NCBI GenBank assembly: GCA_039630245.1
Contig: JBCNVK010000005.1
Span: 47,648 to 111,647, forward strand
Direction: 5' to 3'
From: Bacteroidia bacterium
Lineage (GTDB): Bacteria > Bacteroidota > Bacteroidia > SpSt-205
Length of the DNA: 64,000 bases
The notes under the pieces were generated by a model. That model searched no databases and was not told where the DNA came from. It was given only the letters and a program-made list of their open reading frames with translations. Positions 8,266 to 17,337 of this stretch are shown here, piece after piece. The position numbers and the translations under genes were made by a program. Numbering within the stretch: position 1 is the first letter of the stretch; each line of letters opens with the position of its first letter.

Positions 8266-9289
8266 TAAGCTACCCCCTAGGGGCTTCTGGCCCTTACCTT
8301 CAGAGGCCCCTGACTTCAGTACAAATGACTACCTCGGCCTCAATCGGGACGGCGTCATTCGGCAGATTTTACAGGCGGTACCCGCGGAGTGGCTGCGTGG
8401 GGGCAGCGCCTCTCGCTACTTAGGTGGCGAAGCTTCGCCCTTTGCCGCCTTAGAAGCTCTCGTCTGCGCCTTGTGGGGACCCCAAGAAGAGGCCCTTTTG
8501 TACCCAAGCGGGCTAGTGGCTAACCTTACCTTCTGGAGCGTGGTACCCGAGCGAGGAGATACAATAGTTTATGATAGGCGCGTCCATGCGTCTATCCGAC
8601 AGGGGATACGACTTAGTGGCGCAAAAAGCTGGGGCTTTCCCCATCAGAATTGGGAGGAGGCTGAAAGGCTTATACGCCGGGCTTCGGGGGAGGTTTTTGT
8701 AGCGGTGGAGTCGCTCTACTCTATGGAAGGTACGAGCCCTTCGGTTGAAGCGCTGAGCTATTTTCAGGCGCATTACGGCTGCCATATCGTGGTAGATGAA
8801 GCCCATACCACGCTTATTCTTCCACAAGGCGCTAGCTGGTCTCAGAGGGTGGGCCTTAGGCCGCTGGCGCGTCTTTTTACTTTTGGTAAGGCGGTTGGCC
8901 TAGTGGGGGCCGTGTGGGTAGGGCCTTGGTGGCTTATAGAGCTTTTGCGGCGGAAAGGATGGGGCGGGATCTATACTACAGCGCTTCCGCCTCTTTTGGC
9001 TTGGGCGGTGGGGGAGGTCCTGCGCCGTTCAGCCGAATGGGAAAGCCGCCGCCAGCGCCTATGGCAGCTGATAGGCTGGACGCGTCAGTACCTCGCTGCG
9101 TGCGGCTATACTTATCAGGGGCTTGAGGGGCCTATTGCGCTGCTTTCGGACGTACATCCACTGCCCCTCAAGAAGCTCCATCCGCCTACCGTACCACAGC
9201 CAGCCTATCGCCTAAGTCTCCATGCCTTCAATACCGAGGCCGAAATCCAAGCCCTTTTCACTTCAGCCAATCCTACCCCTTCTGAGTAG
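8231..9289 (+). CDS. bioF: 8-amino-7-oxononanoate synthase-like alpha-oxoamine synthase (PLP-dependent), short form
   Basis: N-terminal MRLQERIRRTLD is similar to E. coli BioF MSWQEKINAALD. It also has DFSTNDYLGL, DEAHTT and the PLP-lysine motif FTFGKAVG. At 352 aa it is short for a BioF. It overlaps the KAS-like gene by 35 nt. Confidence 0.5.
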   Translation: MRLQERIRRTLDKLPPRGFWPLPSEAPDFSTNDYLGLNRDGVIRQILQAVPAEWLRGGSASRYLGGEASPFAALEALVCALWGPQEEALLYPSGLVANLTFWSVVPERGDTIVYDRRVHASIRQGIRLSGAKSWGFPHQNWEEAERLIRRASGEVFVAVESLYSMEGTSPSVEALSYFQAHYGCHIVVDEAHTTLILPQGASWSQRVGLRPLARLFTFGKAVGLVGAVWVGPWWLIELLRRKGWGGIYTTALPPLLAWAVGEVLRRSAEWESRRQRLWQLIGWTRQYLAACGYTYQGLEGPIALLSDVHPLPLKKLHPPTVPQPAYRLSLHAFNTEAEIQALFTSANPTPSE

Positions 9290-9451
9290 GATTTTGCTGC
9301 TCTCTTAGTAACGGGCTAAAGATGACCTGATAGCGGCACGGTAGAATTCTGCCTAGCTAAAAATCCGCCAGCAGAGCTAGGGATACACCTTGTCTATAAG
9401 CCCTTATCCCTTTCTGGTCAGCAAGGGGCGTAGAAAGGTGCGCATTTGGCT

Positions 9452-9459
9452 TACCTTTG
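9452..9459 (+). promoter_or_regulatory. -7 box TACCTTTG, 4 nt upstream of the GTG (9464) of lepB
   Basis: Matches TAnnTTTG. Confidence 0.35.
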
Positions 9460-9463
9460 TGCG

Positions 9464-10567
9464 GTGGCGGAAAAGGCGCCTTCGGCACGCCGGCGCTGGT
9501 GGCGTGAGCTGATTATAGCTCTGGCGGTCATTCTCTTCCTGCGCACCTTCGTAGTGGAGGCCTTTCTTATTCCCACTAGCTCTATGGAGAAAACCCTTTT
9601 GGCCTGGGATCTCGTCTTTGTGAGCAAGCTTCATTATGGGCCGCGGCTGCCAATGGTGCCCTTAGCTATTCCGTTTATTCACAATCGTATCCCTTTCACG
9701 GGGATTCCCTCGTATTTGGATTGGATTGTTTTTCCCTATGTGCGGTTGCCTGGCTTCAAGCCTATTCAGCGAGGCGACATTATAGTCTTCAACTATCCCG
9801 CCGATGATGTAATGCCCAATAGTCCCGAGCTGGGTCCCGTACAAATCCCGAGCCTCAAGGAAAACTACGTCAAGCGGTGTGTAGGCATTCCCGGCGATAC
9901 GATAGAAATACAAGCTGGGGAACTGTATGTAAATGGCCGACTGGCCTATGCGCCGCGCTATCTACAGGAGCGTTATCGGGCGGTTACGCAGGGCGAACCC
10001 CTTACCTATCGGGTGCTGCGGCCGTTTGGGTTCCGCCCGCCAGGAAGTTCCAACCTGAATTGGAGTATGCGGGATGCCCGTACCTACCTGCTGGATATGA
10101 CGCGCGAGACAGCGCGCGCATTTCAGCAAAACTTTGCCTCCATCTTAGATACCTTTCACAGAGAAATAGACTCGGCCGGGCGCTTTATGCCGCTTATTTA
10201 CCCTCAGGATACGAACTTTCGGTGGAATTTAGACTACTGGGGGCCCTTCTATCTACCCCGGCGAGGGGATAAAATTCGGCTCAACTATTATACCTTAGCT
10301 CTTTACCGACGGCTCATAGAGGGGTATGAAGGGCATAATGTGCAGGTAGTAGGCGGGCAGATATACATAGACGGGGAGCCCCGAACGGAATATACCTTTC
10401 AGCAGAATTACTACTTTGCGATGGGCGATAATCGCTATAACTCGCTAGATGGGCGCTTTTGGGGGCCCGTGCCAGAGGATCACATTATAGGGAAGCCGAT
10501 TTTCGTCCTACTCTCTATTGAGGATTGGAAGCCGCGATGGGACCGGTTTCTGCGAGCCGTACAATAG
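9464..10567 (+). CDS. lepB: Signal peptidase I
   Basis: IPTSSMEKTLL (catalytic Ser box) and GDNRYNSLDGRFWGPV (box E), with an N-terminal TM anchor. The start is chosen at the in-frame GTG behind the -7 box; the ORF could begin at 9446. Confidence 0.75.
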   Translation: MAEKAPSARRRWWRELIIALAVILFLRTFVVEAFLIPTSSMEKTLLAWDLVFVSKLHYGPRLPMVPLAIPFIHNRIPFTGIPSYLDWIVFPYVRLPGFKPIQRGDIIVFNYPADDVMPNSPELGPVQIPSLKENYVKRCVGIPGDTIEIQAGELYVNGRLAYAPRYLQERYRAVTQGEPLTYRVLRPFGFRPPGSSNLNWSMRDARTYLLDMTRETARAFQQNFASILDTFHREIDSAGRFMPLIYPQDTNFRWNLDYWGPFYLPRRGDKIRLNYYTLALYRRLIEGYEGHNVQVVGGQIYIDGEPRTEYTFQQNYYFAMGDNRYNSLDGRFWGPVPEDHIIGKPIFVLLSIEDWKPRWDRFLRAVQ

Positions 10568-12804
10568 CCCAGAAAGCGGGGCTTTCTGAAGCGGAGTATG
10601 AACGAATCTTGGGCCTTCTGGGCCGAGAGCCCACAGAGGTGGAAGTCTGGATTTTTTCCGCTCTTTGGAGCGAGCACTGCAGCTATAAGAGTTCTTTACT
10701 TCATCTGCGGCGTTTGCCGCGCCGTGGGCCGCGTACCCTCCGCCTGGCGGGAGAGGAAAACGCTGGTCTGCTGGATATTGGAGAGGGGTGGGCCGTAGCC
10801 TTCAAGGTAGAGTCGCATAACCATCCCAGTGCGGTTGCCCCCTACCAAGGCGCAGCCACAGGCGTAGGTGGTATCCATAGGGATATACTGGCTGTGGGGG
10901 CCCGGCCTATTGCGGCTTTGGACTCGCTTCACTTTGGCTATCCTATAGATGCTAGTACGCGGGCGCTGCTGGAGGGGGTAGTACGGGGTATAGCGGATTA
11001 TGGGAATGCCCTAGGTGTGCCTACTATCGGCGGAGAGACCTACTTTGCGCCTGCGTATAGAGGTAAGCCTATCGTAAATGTGCTAAGTGTGGGGCTTGTG
11101 CCGAAGGATAGGGTGGTAAGTGCGCGCGCCCAAGGCGTAGGTAATCGAGTCCTATACCTCGGTGCGCCTACGGGGCCGGATGGGGTAGGGGGCGCCGCTT
11201 TCGCCTCCGAAGTGCTGGAGAGCGGAGACAAATCCTCACTGGCTGTGATTCAAGTGGGTAATCCATTTCGGGAAAAGCTTTTGCTGGAGGCCTTAGGAGA
11301 AATGGTGGCGGAAGGCCTGATTGTAGGGATGCAGGACATGGGCGCCGCTGGGCTGGCTAGCTCTACCGCCGAAACCGCCGCACGCGGAGGAGTAGGTATG
11401 CGCATCTGGCTAGACAAAGTGCCGCTCCGAGGGGGCGTACATACCCCTCAGGAAATCCTCCTTTCAGAGTCCCAGGAGCGCATGCTCCTTATAGCGACGC
11501 CCGAAGCTGTACCTGCCCTCCAGCGTATCGCTCAGAAGTGGGAGCTCCTTTTGGTAGATATTGGCGAAATCACGGAGGGCGAAGAGGTAGAGTACTGGTG
11601 GCAGGGCAGTAAGGTAGCTGCTTTGCCCCCTAAGCTCCTTTTAGCCGGCGAAGGTGCGCCCCTCTATGACTGGCCTAAAGAGCCTCCCGCCTACCTGCAG
11701 GAAATCGCCGCTTTCTCTCCCGCTAAGGTGCCCGATATCGGGTCGGTAGGCGAGTTAGAGGGTGCCTTAGAGCGGCTTCTTGCCCATCCAGATTTGGGAA
11801 GTAAGGCGTGGATTTATCGGCAATATGATAGGATGGTGGGGGGCTGTACCATAGGTAGTGCCAGCGAACTACCCGCTGCTGCACCGCTAATACGCCTTCC
11901 CTATACCGATCGGGCACTGGCGGTCACGCTGGACGGTAATCCTTGGTGGGTGGAGGCTTCCCCCCGAGTCGGTACAGCCTTAGCCGTAGCGGAGGCAGCT
12001 CGTCAGGTAGCTTGTACAGGGGCCGTGCCTTTAGGCGTTACCAACTGCCTAAACTTCGGCAGCCCTCAAAATCCCTCCATCTACTGGCAGTTTGTAGAAG
12101 CGGTGGAGGGCTTGCGGGAGGCCTGTGAAGTCTTAGAACTGCCCGTTACGGGTGGTAATGTAAGCTTTTATAATGAGGATACAGAAGGCGCTATTCTGCC
12201 GACGCCAGTCATAGGCGTAGTGGGGCTTTTAGAGGAGGCCCTCCAGCGGTGGGTGCCTATGGCCTTGCCAAAGTGTGCGGCTCGCCTGTATCTCATCGGT
12301 GGCCCAGCGAGCCTAGCGGAGCCCTCCTTAGGGGCTAGCCATTACCTTCGGGAAGTGCGGGGAATAAGGTATGCCCCACCGCCGAGGCTAGACCTAACTG
12401 CGGAGCGACGCCTTATACGGCTGCTTCCGGCCTTAGCGGCTCAAGGTCTACTTTTAGCCGCTCAGGATGTGTCGGATGGCGGCCTACTTCTGAGCCTTCT
12501 AGAAATGGCTCTAGCGGGGTCAAGCGGCTTTGTAGCGATTCAACCGCAGGGTGTGCGTACCGATGCTTTCTGGTTTGGGGAGGATGGCGGACGGGTGGTA
12601 GTGGCCGTAGCTTCTACTCAGGCCCAAGCCTTGGAACGCCAAGTGGCGGAGGCTGGCCTTTCGGCGCTTGCCTTAGGCGAAGTAGTGCCGGGAAGCGGGT
12701 ATGGCATTCTCTATACGCCTTGTGGTATAGGGCGGCTTGACCTTCTACGCCTGCGAGCTAAGTACATGGGCTGTTTAGAGACCCATTTGGCGCTGGCTAC
12801 TTAG
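10525..12804 (+). CDS. purL: Phosphoribosylformylglycinamidine synthase subunit PurL
   Basis: FSALWSEHCSYKSS, AIRE-like domains and tandem PurM-like repeats. 759 aa. Confidence 0.85.
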   Translation: MEAAMGPVSASRTIAQKAGLSEAEYERILGLLGREPTEVEVWIFSALWSEHCSYKSSLLHLRRLPRRGPRTLRLAGEENAGLLDIGEGWAVAFKVESHNHPSAVAPYQGAATGVGGIHRDILAVGARPIAALDSLHFGYPIDASTRALLEGVVRGIADYGNALGVPTIGGETYFAPAYRGKPIVNVLSVGLVPKDRVVSARAQGVGNRVLYLGAPTGPDGVGGAAFASEVLESGDKSSLAVIQVGNPFREKLLLEALGEMVAEGLIVGMQDMGAAGLASSTAETAARGGVGMRIWLDKVPLRGGVHTPQEILLSESQERMLLIATPEAVPALQRIAQKWELLLVDIGEITEGEEVEYWWQGSKVAALPPKLLLAGEGAPLYDWPKEPPAYLQEIAAFSPAKVPDIGSVGELEGALERLLAHPDLGSKAWIYRQYDRMVGGCTIGSASELPAAAPLIRLPYTDRALAVTLDGNPWWVEASPRVGTALAVAEAARQVACTGAVPLGVTNCLNFGSPQNPSIYWQFVEAVEGLREACEVLELPVTGGNVSFYNEDTEGAILPTPVIGVVGLLEEALQRWVPMALPKCAARLYLIGGPASLAEPSLGASHYLREVRGIRYAPPPRLDLTAERRLIRLLPALAAQGLLLAAQDVSDGGLLLSLLEMALAGSSGFVAIQPQGVRTDAFWFGEDGGRVVVAVASTQAQALERQVAEAGLSALALGEVVPGSGYGILYTPCGIGRLDLLRLRAKYMGCLETHLALAT

Positions 12805-13341
12805 CCAAGCCAGCCATTTTTGGAAGGCACGCGCCCGGTGCGAATGCTGGACTTTCCACGATTGGCCGAGTTCCGCTACCGTGCGCTCTTCCCCAGTGGG
12901 AATAAATATGGGATCATAGCCAAAGCCCTCTGTCCCACGCAGTTCGCGGCTGAGTCTACCCTCCCATAGGCCGTAAAAAAAGTAGTACTCGTGCTCGCTG
13001 AGATAGGCCACTACTACAGCGGCGAAGTACGCATAAGGTTCGGTATACGGGGGTAACTCCTGAAGGAGCCGTTCTGGACCACCATAGTGAGCGGAATGTA
13101 CCCCTGGCTTGCCTCCAAGGGCTGGTACAAACAATCCGCTATCTTCGGCCAGAACGGGATAATTTACATACGGTCTGTAGAAGCGGGCTTTGGCTAAGGC
13201 GTTTCCGTAAAGCGTAGACTCCTTCTCTTCAGCGACGGGAAGGCCGGGCGGAAGGGACAGTAGGTGGACTGATGAACCTACTATTTGCTGGACTTCGGCG
13301 AGTTTGTGCGGATTCTGGGTAGCGAGTATCCATGTCGTCAT
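12775..13341 (-). CDS. rdgB: Non-canonical purine NTP pyrophosphatase (RdgB/Ham1)
   Basis: ILATQNPHKLAEV and GFGYDPIF motifs. 188 aa. Confidence 0.8.
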   Translation of the reverse strand: MTTWILATQNPHKLAEVQQIVGSSVHLLSLPPGLPVAEEKESTLYGNALAKARFYRPYVNYPVLAEDSGLFVPALGGKPGVHSAHYGGPERLLQELPPYTEPYAYFAAVVVAYLSEHEYYFFYGLWEGRLSRELRGTEGFGYDPIFIPTGEERTVAELGQSWKVQHSHRARAFQKWLAWLSSQRQMGL

Positions 13342-13763
13342 TCGGGCCAGATACCGGGCTCGGTGATTTCTATGCTGTGGCCATCTGGGTCGCGGAAGTA
13401 AAAGGAGCGGCGCCCTAAGCGCCAGGTAGCCTCATGCTCTATAGGGAGCGAGTAAGCCGAAAGGTAGGCTTTCCACTGCTCATATGCTTCTGTGGAAGGG
13501 GCCTCAAAGGCAATATGCTGCACGCCATAGGCTCCATGCGCAGGTAGGGTAGGATTACGCTCGGAAAACTCCCGTACAAAGCACAGGAGCATGGTAGGGC
13601 CTAAGCGAAAGAAGGCAAACTGACCCGGCACTTCAGCGATACAGGTCAAACCTAGCAAGCCCTCATAGAAGGCCCGTGTGCGGGCGGTATCTTGAATATA
13701 CAGGCAGCTTTCCTTGATATGGCTAAGGGAGGGCGGCGACCAGTTCGGCGTATCGGCCTTCAT
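13338..13763 (-). CDS. VOC (glyoxalase/bleomycin-resistance) family protein
   Basis: It shows the size and pattern of a single VOC domain; this is a low-specificity call. Confidence 0.5.
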   Translation of the reverse strand: MKADTPNWSPPSLSHIKESCLYIQDTARTRAFYEGLLGLTCIAEVPGQFAFFRLGPTMLLCFVREFSERNPTLPAHGAYGVQHIAFEAPSTEAYEQWKAYLSAYSLPIEHEATWRLGRRSFYFRDPDGHSIEITEPGIWPE

Positions 13764-14517
13764 AGAGCTGAGTGCCTTGGCAGCCTAGCTCGCGTGCCTT
13801 ATTTCGGATGTTATTTACCCTTTCGCCGGGATCGGGATGGGTGCTGAGGAAGGCGGGCGGTCGCGGACCTCCCTGCTGGATAATATATTCAAAAAAGTAG
13901 GCGGCACCATCAGCCGGGTATTCGGTGGGGCAGAGGTAGATTACGGAGTGGGCGTCGGCGTCCCGCTCGTGGTCGCGGCTGAAACTAAGAAGAACAAGGT
14001 TAGCGGCAATCTGTCCGAGTACACCTGGATTGCCGCCCGTGAGGATATTTAGGAGGGTTTGGACGCCGTAGGCTTGGGTAAGGAGCTGGGAGACGTGGCG
14101 GCGATCCGCATGCGCCATCTCGTGGCCTAATACACCCATGAGCTGCGCTTCATTACGGAGATACTTGATGATCCCAGTGTAGATGTAGATGTAGCCACCT
14201 GGGGCGCAGAAGGCATTTTGAATGGTATCGTTGTGGATGATTCGGATGCGCCAGGGGAAGCGGTCTGCGTATTGCAGTTTGCCCGTGGCTAAGAGGGTAT
14301 TTCGCATGCGGTAGAGGTGCGCATACGCCGCAGCATAACGCGCCGAGTCCAGTATAGGGTATTCCTGCGGCTTGGATTCAATTTCGGCGGCAACCTGAGC
14401 ACCCAGCTTGAGATCATCCTCTACGGTGAAAAGGTTGAACCAAGGCTCATCTTTTTTCTTCCGACAGGTAGTTAGTAAAATCGTTAGCGGAATTAGCCAG
14501 AGGCAGGACTTCTTCAT
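13723..14517 (-). CDS. M48-family zinc metallopeptidase, lipoprotein
   Basis: HEMAHADRRH is an HEXXH motif. The N-terminal signal with Cys (LTILLTTC) marks it as a lipoprotein. Confidence 0.65.
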   Translation of the reverse strand: MKKSCLWLIPLTILLTTCRKKKDEPWFNLFTVEDDLKLGAQVAAEIESKPQEYPILDSARYAAAYAHLYRMRNTLLATGKLQYADRFPWRIRIIHNDTIQNAFCAPGGYIYIYTGIIKYLRNEAQLMGVLGHEMAHADRRHVSQLLTQAYGVQTLLNILTGGNPGVLGQIAANLVLLSFSRDHERDADAHSVIYLCPTEYPADGAAYFFEYIIQQGGPRPPAFLSTHPDPGERVNNIRNKARELGCQGTQLYEGRYAELVAALP

Positions 14518-16109
14518 AGCTTTACAAAAATAGCTTTGTAGGCGGTCTTACTTGCTCGGGAGAGGAGTTCTAAGAGATAGGGGCCTGGGGAGAGGCTGCC
14601 GATGGGTAGACGCATTTCCGTAAGGCCACGGTAGAGTCCTGAATGCACTTGATTGCCCTTTATGTCGTAAATCGCAAAGTCATAAAAGGCGAGGGTGGTG
14701 TCAAGGAGGAAAAGCGTAAGGTAGTCGCTGGCGGGATTAGGATAGAGCTGCAGCTGAGGGGCTAAGTTAGGGTTGTGGAGGCGAGTGAGGTGGGCAAGCG
14801 CGCGCTCGGCGTCGGGTAGGCCATAGCCATACAGGGTGTCGGGGTTATGGTAGCGGTCGGCTGAGCGGATAATCGCTTCTCGGATTTCCCAATTGCGTGC
14901 GTGAGGCATCGCCTGCCACAAGCAGGCCGCTAAAGCGCTAACAAGGGGAGCAGAGAAAGAGGTCCCTGCACTATATTGTACAGTGCCATTGAGGCCTAGT
15001 ATTTGGGTACCCCATCCTAAGGCCACTACATCGGGCTTTATGCGTCTATCCGCAGAAGGCCCGCGCGAGGAGAAAGGGGTGATTTCCCCATTTACATTGA
15101 TAGCCCCTACCCCTAAAATGCTGTCGGCATCAGATGGCGCAGTAATGTAATGCCAAGGGGAATTCCCTTCGTTGCCAGCCGAGGCTACTACTAAAATGCC
15201 TTTTTGAGTGGCTATGCGAGCCGCTTGGGTAGAGATAGCCGTGCGCCCGTTCATGTCGCGGTAGGTATAGTTTTCCGCTGGGTCATCAAAAGTGCTGTAG
15301 CCGAGCGAACTCTGGATGATATGAACGCCGTGGGAGTCGGCCCACTCAGCCGCTTCCGCCCAGTTCCATTCTTCTAAGCGTGTCTCAGAGAGGGCATTTT
15401 CGGTGCGTGCTAGAAGCACGCTTACATGGGGCGCGCCGCCGAGGTAGCCTGTGCCTTGCGGATCGTAGGCCACAATGACCGAGGCTACATGGGTGCCATG
15501 GGCATTATCTTCAAAGATAGACTGATTGCGATCCACAAAATCTCGCCCGCCTAAATAGCGGTTTTCTCTGAAAATGTGCTCAAAAGCGCGCATTTGATCA
15601 AAGTAAGGAAAGCCTGCATCAAAAATAGCCATACGGATGCCTTGTCCCGTATAACCCCGCTGATGGAGAAAAGGCAGTTTGAGCTGGTCCAGCTGGAAAG
15701 CATTTATGACCGAAGCCGACTGAGTAGGGGAAGCTTTGCTCTGAAGGGCCGGTAAGGGGGAGGGTGAGATAGGCTTAGGAGCGGGACAGAAATACTCCAC
15801 ACAGGCTACGCCAGGTAAAGACCCCAGAAGCTGAGGCGAAGTAGTCTCTACAAGGGCGGCATTTAGCCAGCGAGAGATTCCGTAAAGGCGGCCTGCCCGA
15901 GCAAGGCCTTCTATCCAAGCTAGCGGTATGGGAAGGTCTCGTCCGTCAATAGGCACACCGTGCAGGCGACGGCGCTCTATAGCAGCAGGACTCAAATACT
16001 GCTCAGGAAAAGGCAAAAGGGAGTCAGGCTTAGGCTGAAAATGCACTAAGTATAGCGCCGATTGCGTCCATCCCCCCAAGGGTAACAGCCAACTCCACAG
16101 CCACCGCAT
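14514..16109 (-). CDS. S8 (subtilisin) serine peptidase with a T9SS C-terminal sorting domain
   Basis: DAGF/HGTHVASVI/GTSFSAPLVS form the catalytic triad. The C-terminal LQLYPNPASDYLTLF...AIFVKL is a T9SS CTD. The start is set at the ATG at 16109; a GTG lies at 16115. Confidence 0.75.
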   Translation of the reverse strand: MRWLWSWLLPLGGWTQSALYLVHFQPKPDSLLPFPEQYLSPAAIERRRLHGVPIDGRDLPIPLAWIEGLARAGRLYGISRWLNAALVETTSPQLLGSLPGVACVEYFCPAPKPISPSPLPALQSKASPTQSASVINAFQLDQLKLPFLHQRGYTGQGIRMAIFDAGFPYFDQMRAFEHIFRENRYLGGRDFVDRNQSIFEDNAHGTHVASVIVAYDPQGTGYLGGAPHVSVLLARTENALSETRLEEWNWAEAAEWADSHGVHIIQSSLGYSTFDDPAENYTYRDMNGRTAISTQAARIATQKGILVVASAGNEGNSPWHYITAPSDADSILGVGAINVNGEITPFSSRGPSADRRIKPDVVALGWGTQILGLNGTVQYSAGTSFSAPLVSALAACLWQAMPHARNWEIREAIIRSADRYHNPDTLYGYGLPDAERALAHLTRLHNPNLAPQLQLYPNPASDYLTLFLLDTTLAFYDFAIYDIKGNQVHSGLYRGLTEMRLPIGSLSPGPYLLELLSRASKTAYKAIFVKL

Positions 16110-16114
16110 CTTCA

Positions 16115-16122
16115 CAAATATA
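16115..16122 (-). promoter_or_regulatory. -7 box TATATTTG on the minus strand, upstream of the S8 peptidase start
   Basis: Matches TAnnTTTG. It is back-to-back with the kbl box. Confidence 0.4.
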
Positions 16123-16125
16123 ACT

Positions 16126-16133
16126 TACTTTTG
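16126..16133 (+). promoter_or_regulatory. -7 box TACTTTTG, 4 nt upstream of the kbl ATG
   Basis: Matches TAnnTTTG. Confidence 0.4.
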
Positions 16134-16137
16134 CTCT

Positions 16138-17337
16138 ATGGCTTTTGGGCTTATCCAGTGGGCTGAGGCGCAGCTGTCTGAGATTCGGCGTAGCGGCCTG
16201 TACAAAACAGAACGGGTTATTGATTCACCACAAGGGGTGGAGATCACTCTAGCGGATGGCCGGCGGGTCCTTAATTTTTGTGCTAATAACTATTTGGGTT
16301 TAGCTTCGCACCCGCGTGTGGTAGCGGCGGCCCATCGCGCACTGGAGCGGTGGGGCTACGGCATGGCTTCGGTTCGCTTCATTTGTGGCACGCAGACGCC
16401 CCATAAAGCTCTAGAGCGCGCCATCGCCGACTTCCTGCACTGTGAAGACGCCATTCTGTATGCAGCTTGCTTTGACGCCAATGGAGGTGTCTTTGAGCCC
16501 TTTTTCGGACCGGAGGATGCCATTTTTTCGGACGAGCTCAATCACGCCAGCCTGATAGATGGTATCCGCCTTACGAAAGCGCGGCGGCTGATTTATCGCC
16601 ACTGTGATGTAGAGGATTTAGAGCGCAAGATCGTAGAAGCAGGGCCTGTACGCTTTCGGGCTATTGTTACGGACGGGGTTTTCTCCATGGATGGAGATTA
16701 TGCCCCTTTGCCCGAACTTATGCGACTGGCCGAGCAGTATGATGCGCTACTTATCGTGGATGACTCGCATGCGACGGGCTTCGTAGGGCCGACGGGCCGA
16801 GGGACGCCCGAACGGTTCGGGATTTTAGGTGCTCCGCGTCTCCTAATTACGGGTACGCTGGGCAAAGCGCTAGGGGGAGCCATGGGCGGCTTCGTGGCCG
16901 GGGCAGCGCCGCTTATAGACCTATTGCGGCAGCGCTCACGCCCCTACCTTTTCTCCAATTCCCTCTCACCTGTAGTCGCCGCTACAGCGGCCGAGATTTT
17001 CTCATGGCTTGCCGATACTACGGAACTGCGCGACCGACTTGAGCAAAACACCCGACAGTTCCGGGAAGGCCTTAGCCGAGCGGGCTTTCAGATAAAACCC
17101 GGCGATCATCCGATTGTGCCGATTATGCTCTATGATGCGGTTCTGACTCAGGAAATGGCTGAAGCCTTGTTGGAGGAAGGCATTTATGTGGTGGGCTTTT
17201 CTTACCCAGTGGTGCCGCGTGGTCAGGCGCGCATTCGGGTACAGCTTAGCGCCGCCCATACGTCTGAGCACATTGCCCAAGCGCTTGCGGCCTTTGAGAA
17301 GGTAGGCGCGCGCTTAGGAGTTCTGGCCAAGTCCTAA
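16138..17337 (+). CDS. kbl: Glycine C-acetyltransferase (2-amino-3-ketobutyrate CoA ligase)
   Basis: FCANNYLGL, FICGTQ, DDSHATGF and the GTLGKALGG PLP-Lys motif. 399 aa. Confidence 0.75.
   Translation: MAFGLIQWAEAQLSEIRRSGLYKTERVIDSPQGVEITLADGRRVLNFCANNYLGLASHPRVVAAAHRALERWGYGMASVRFICGTQTPHKALERAIADFLHCEDAILYAACFDANGGVFEPFFGPEDAIFSDELNHASLIDGIRLTKARRLIYRHCDVEDLERKIVEAGPVRFRAIVTDGVFSMDGDYAPLPELMRLAEQYDALLIVDDSHATGFVGPTGRGTPERFGILGAPRLLITGTLGKALGGAMGGFVAGAAPLIDLLRQRSRPYLFSNSLSPVVAATAAEIFSWLADTTELRDRLEQNTRQFREGLSRAGFQIKPGDHPIVPIMLYDAVLTQEMAEALLEEGIYVVGFSYPVVPRGQARIRVQLSAAHTSEHIAQALAAFEKVGARLGVLAKS

Noticed and set aside
8914-9126. Gly/Ala-rich 70-aa ORF inside bioF
   Set aside because: An alternate frame of a conserved CDS.
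8231-9289. Reading the BioF-like enzyme as a serine palmitoyltransferase or CapB outright
   Set aside because: The N-terminal block is closest to the BioF pattern. Subfamily assignment needs a phylogeny, so it is kept as BioF-like and the uncertainty is flagged in the findings.
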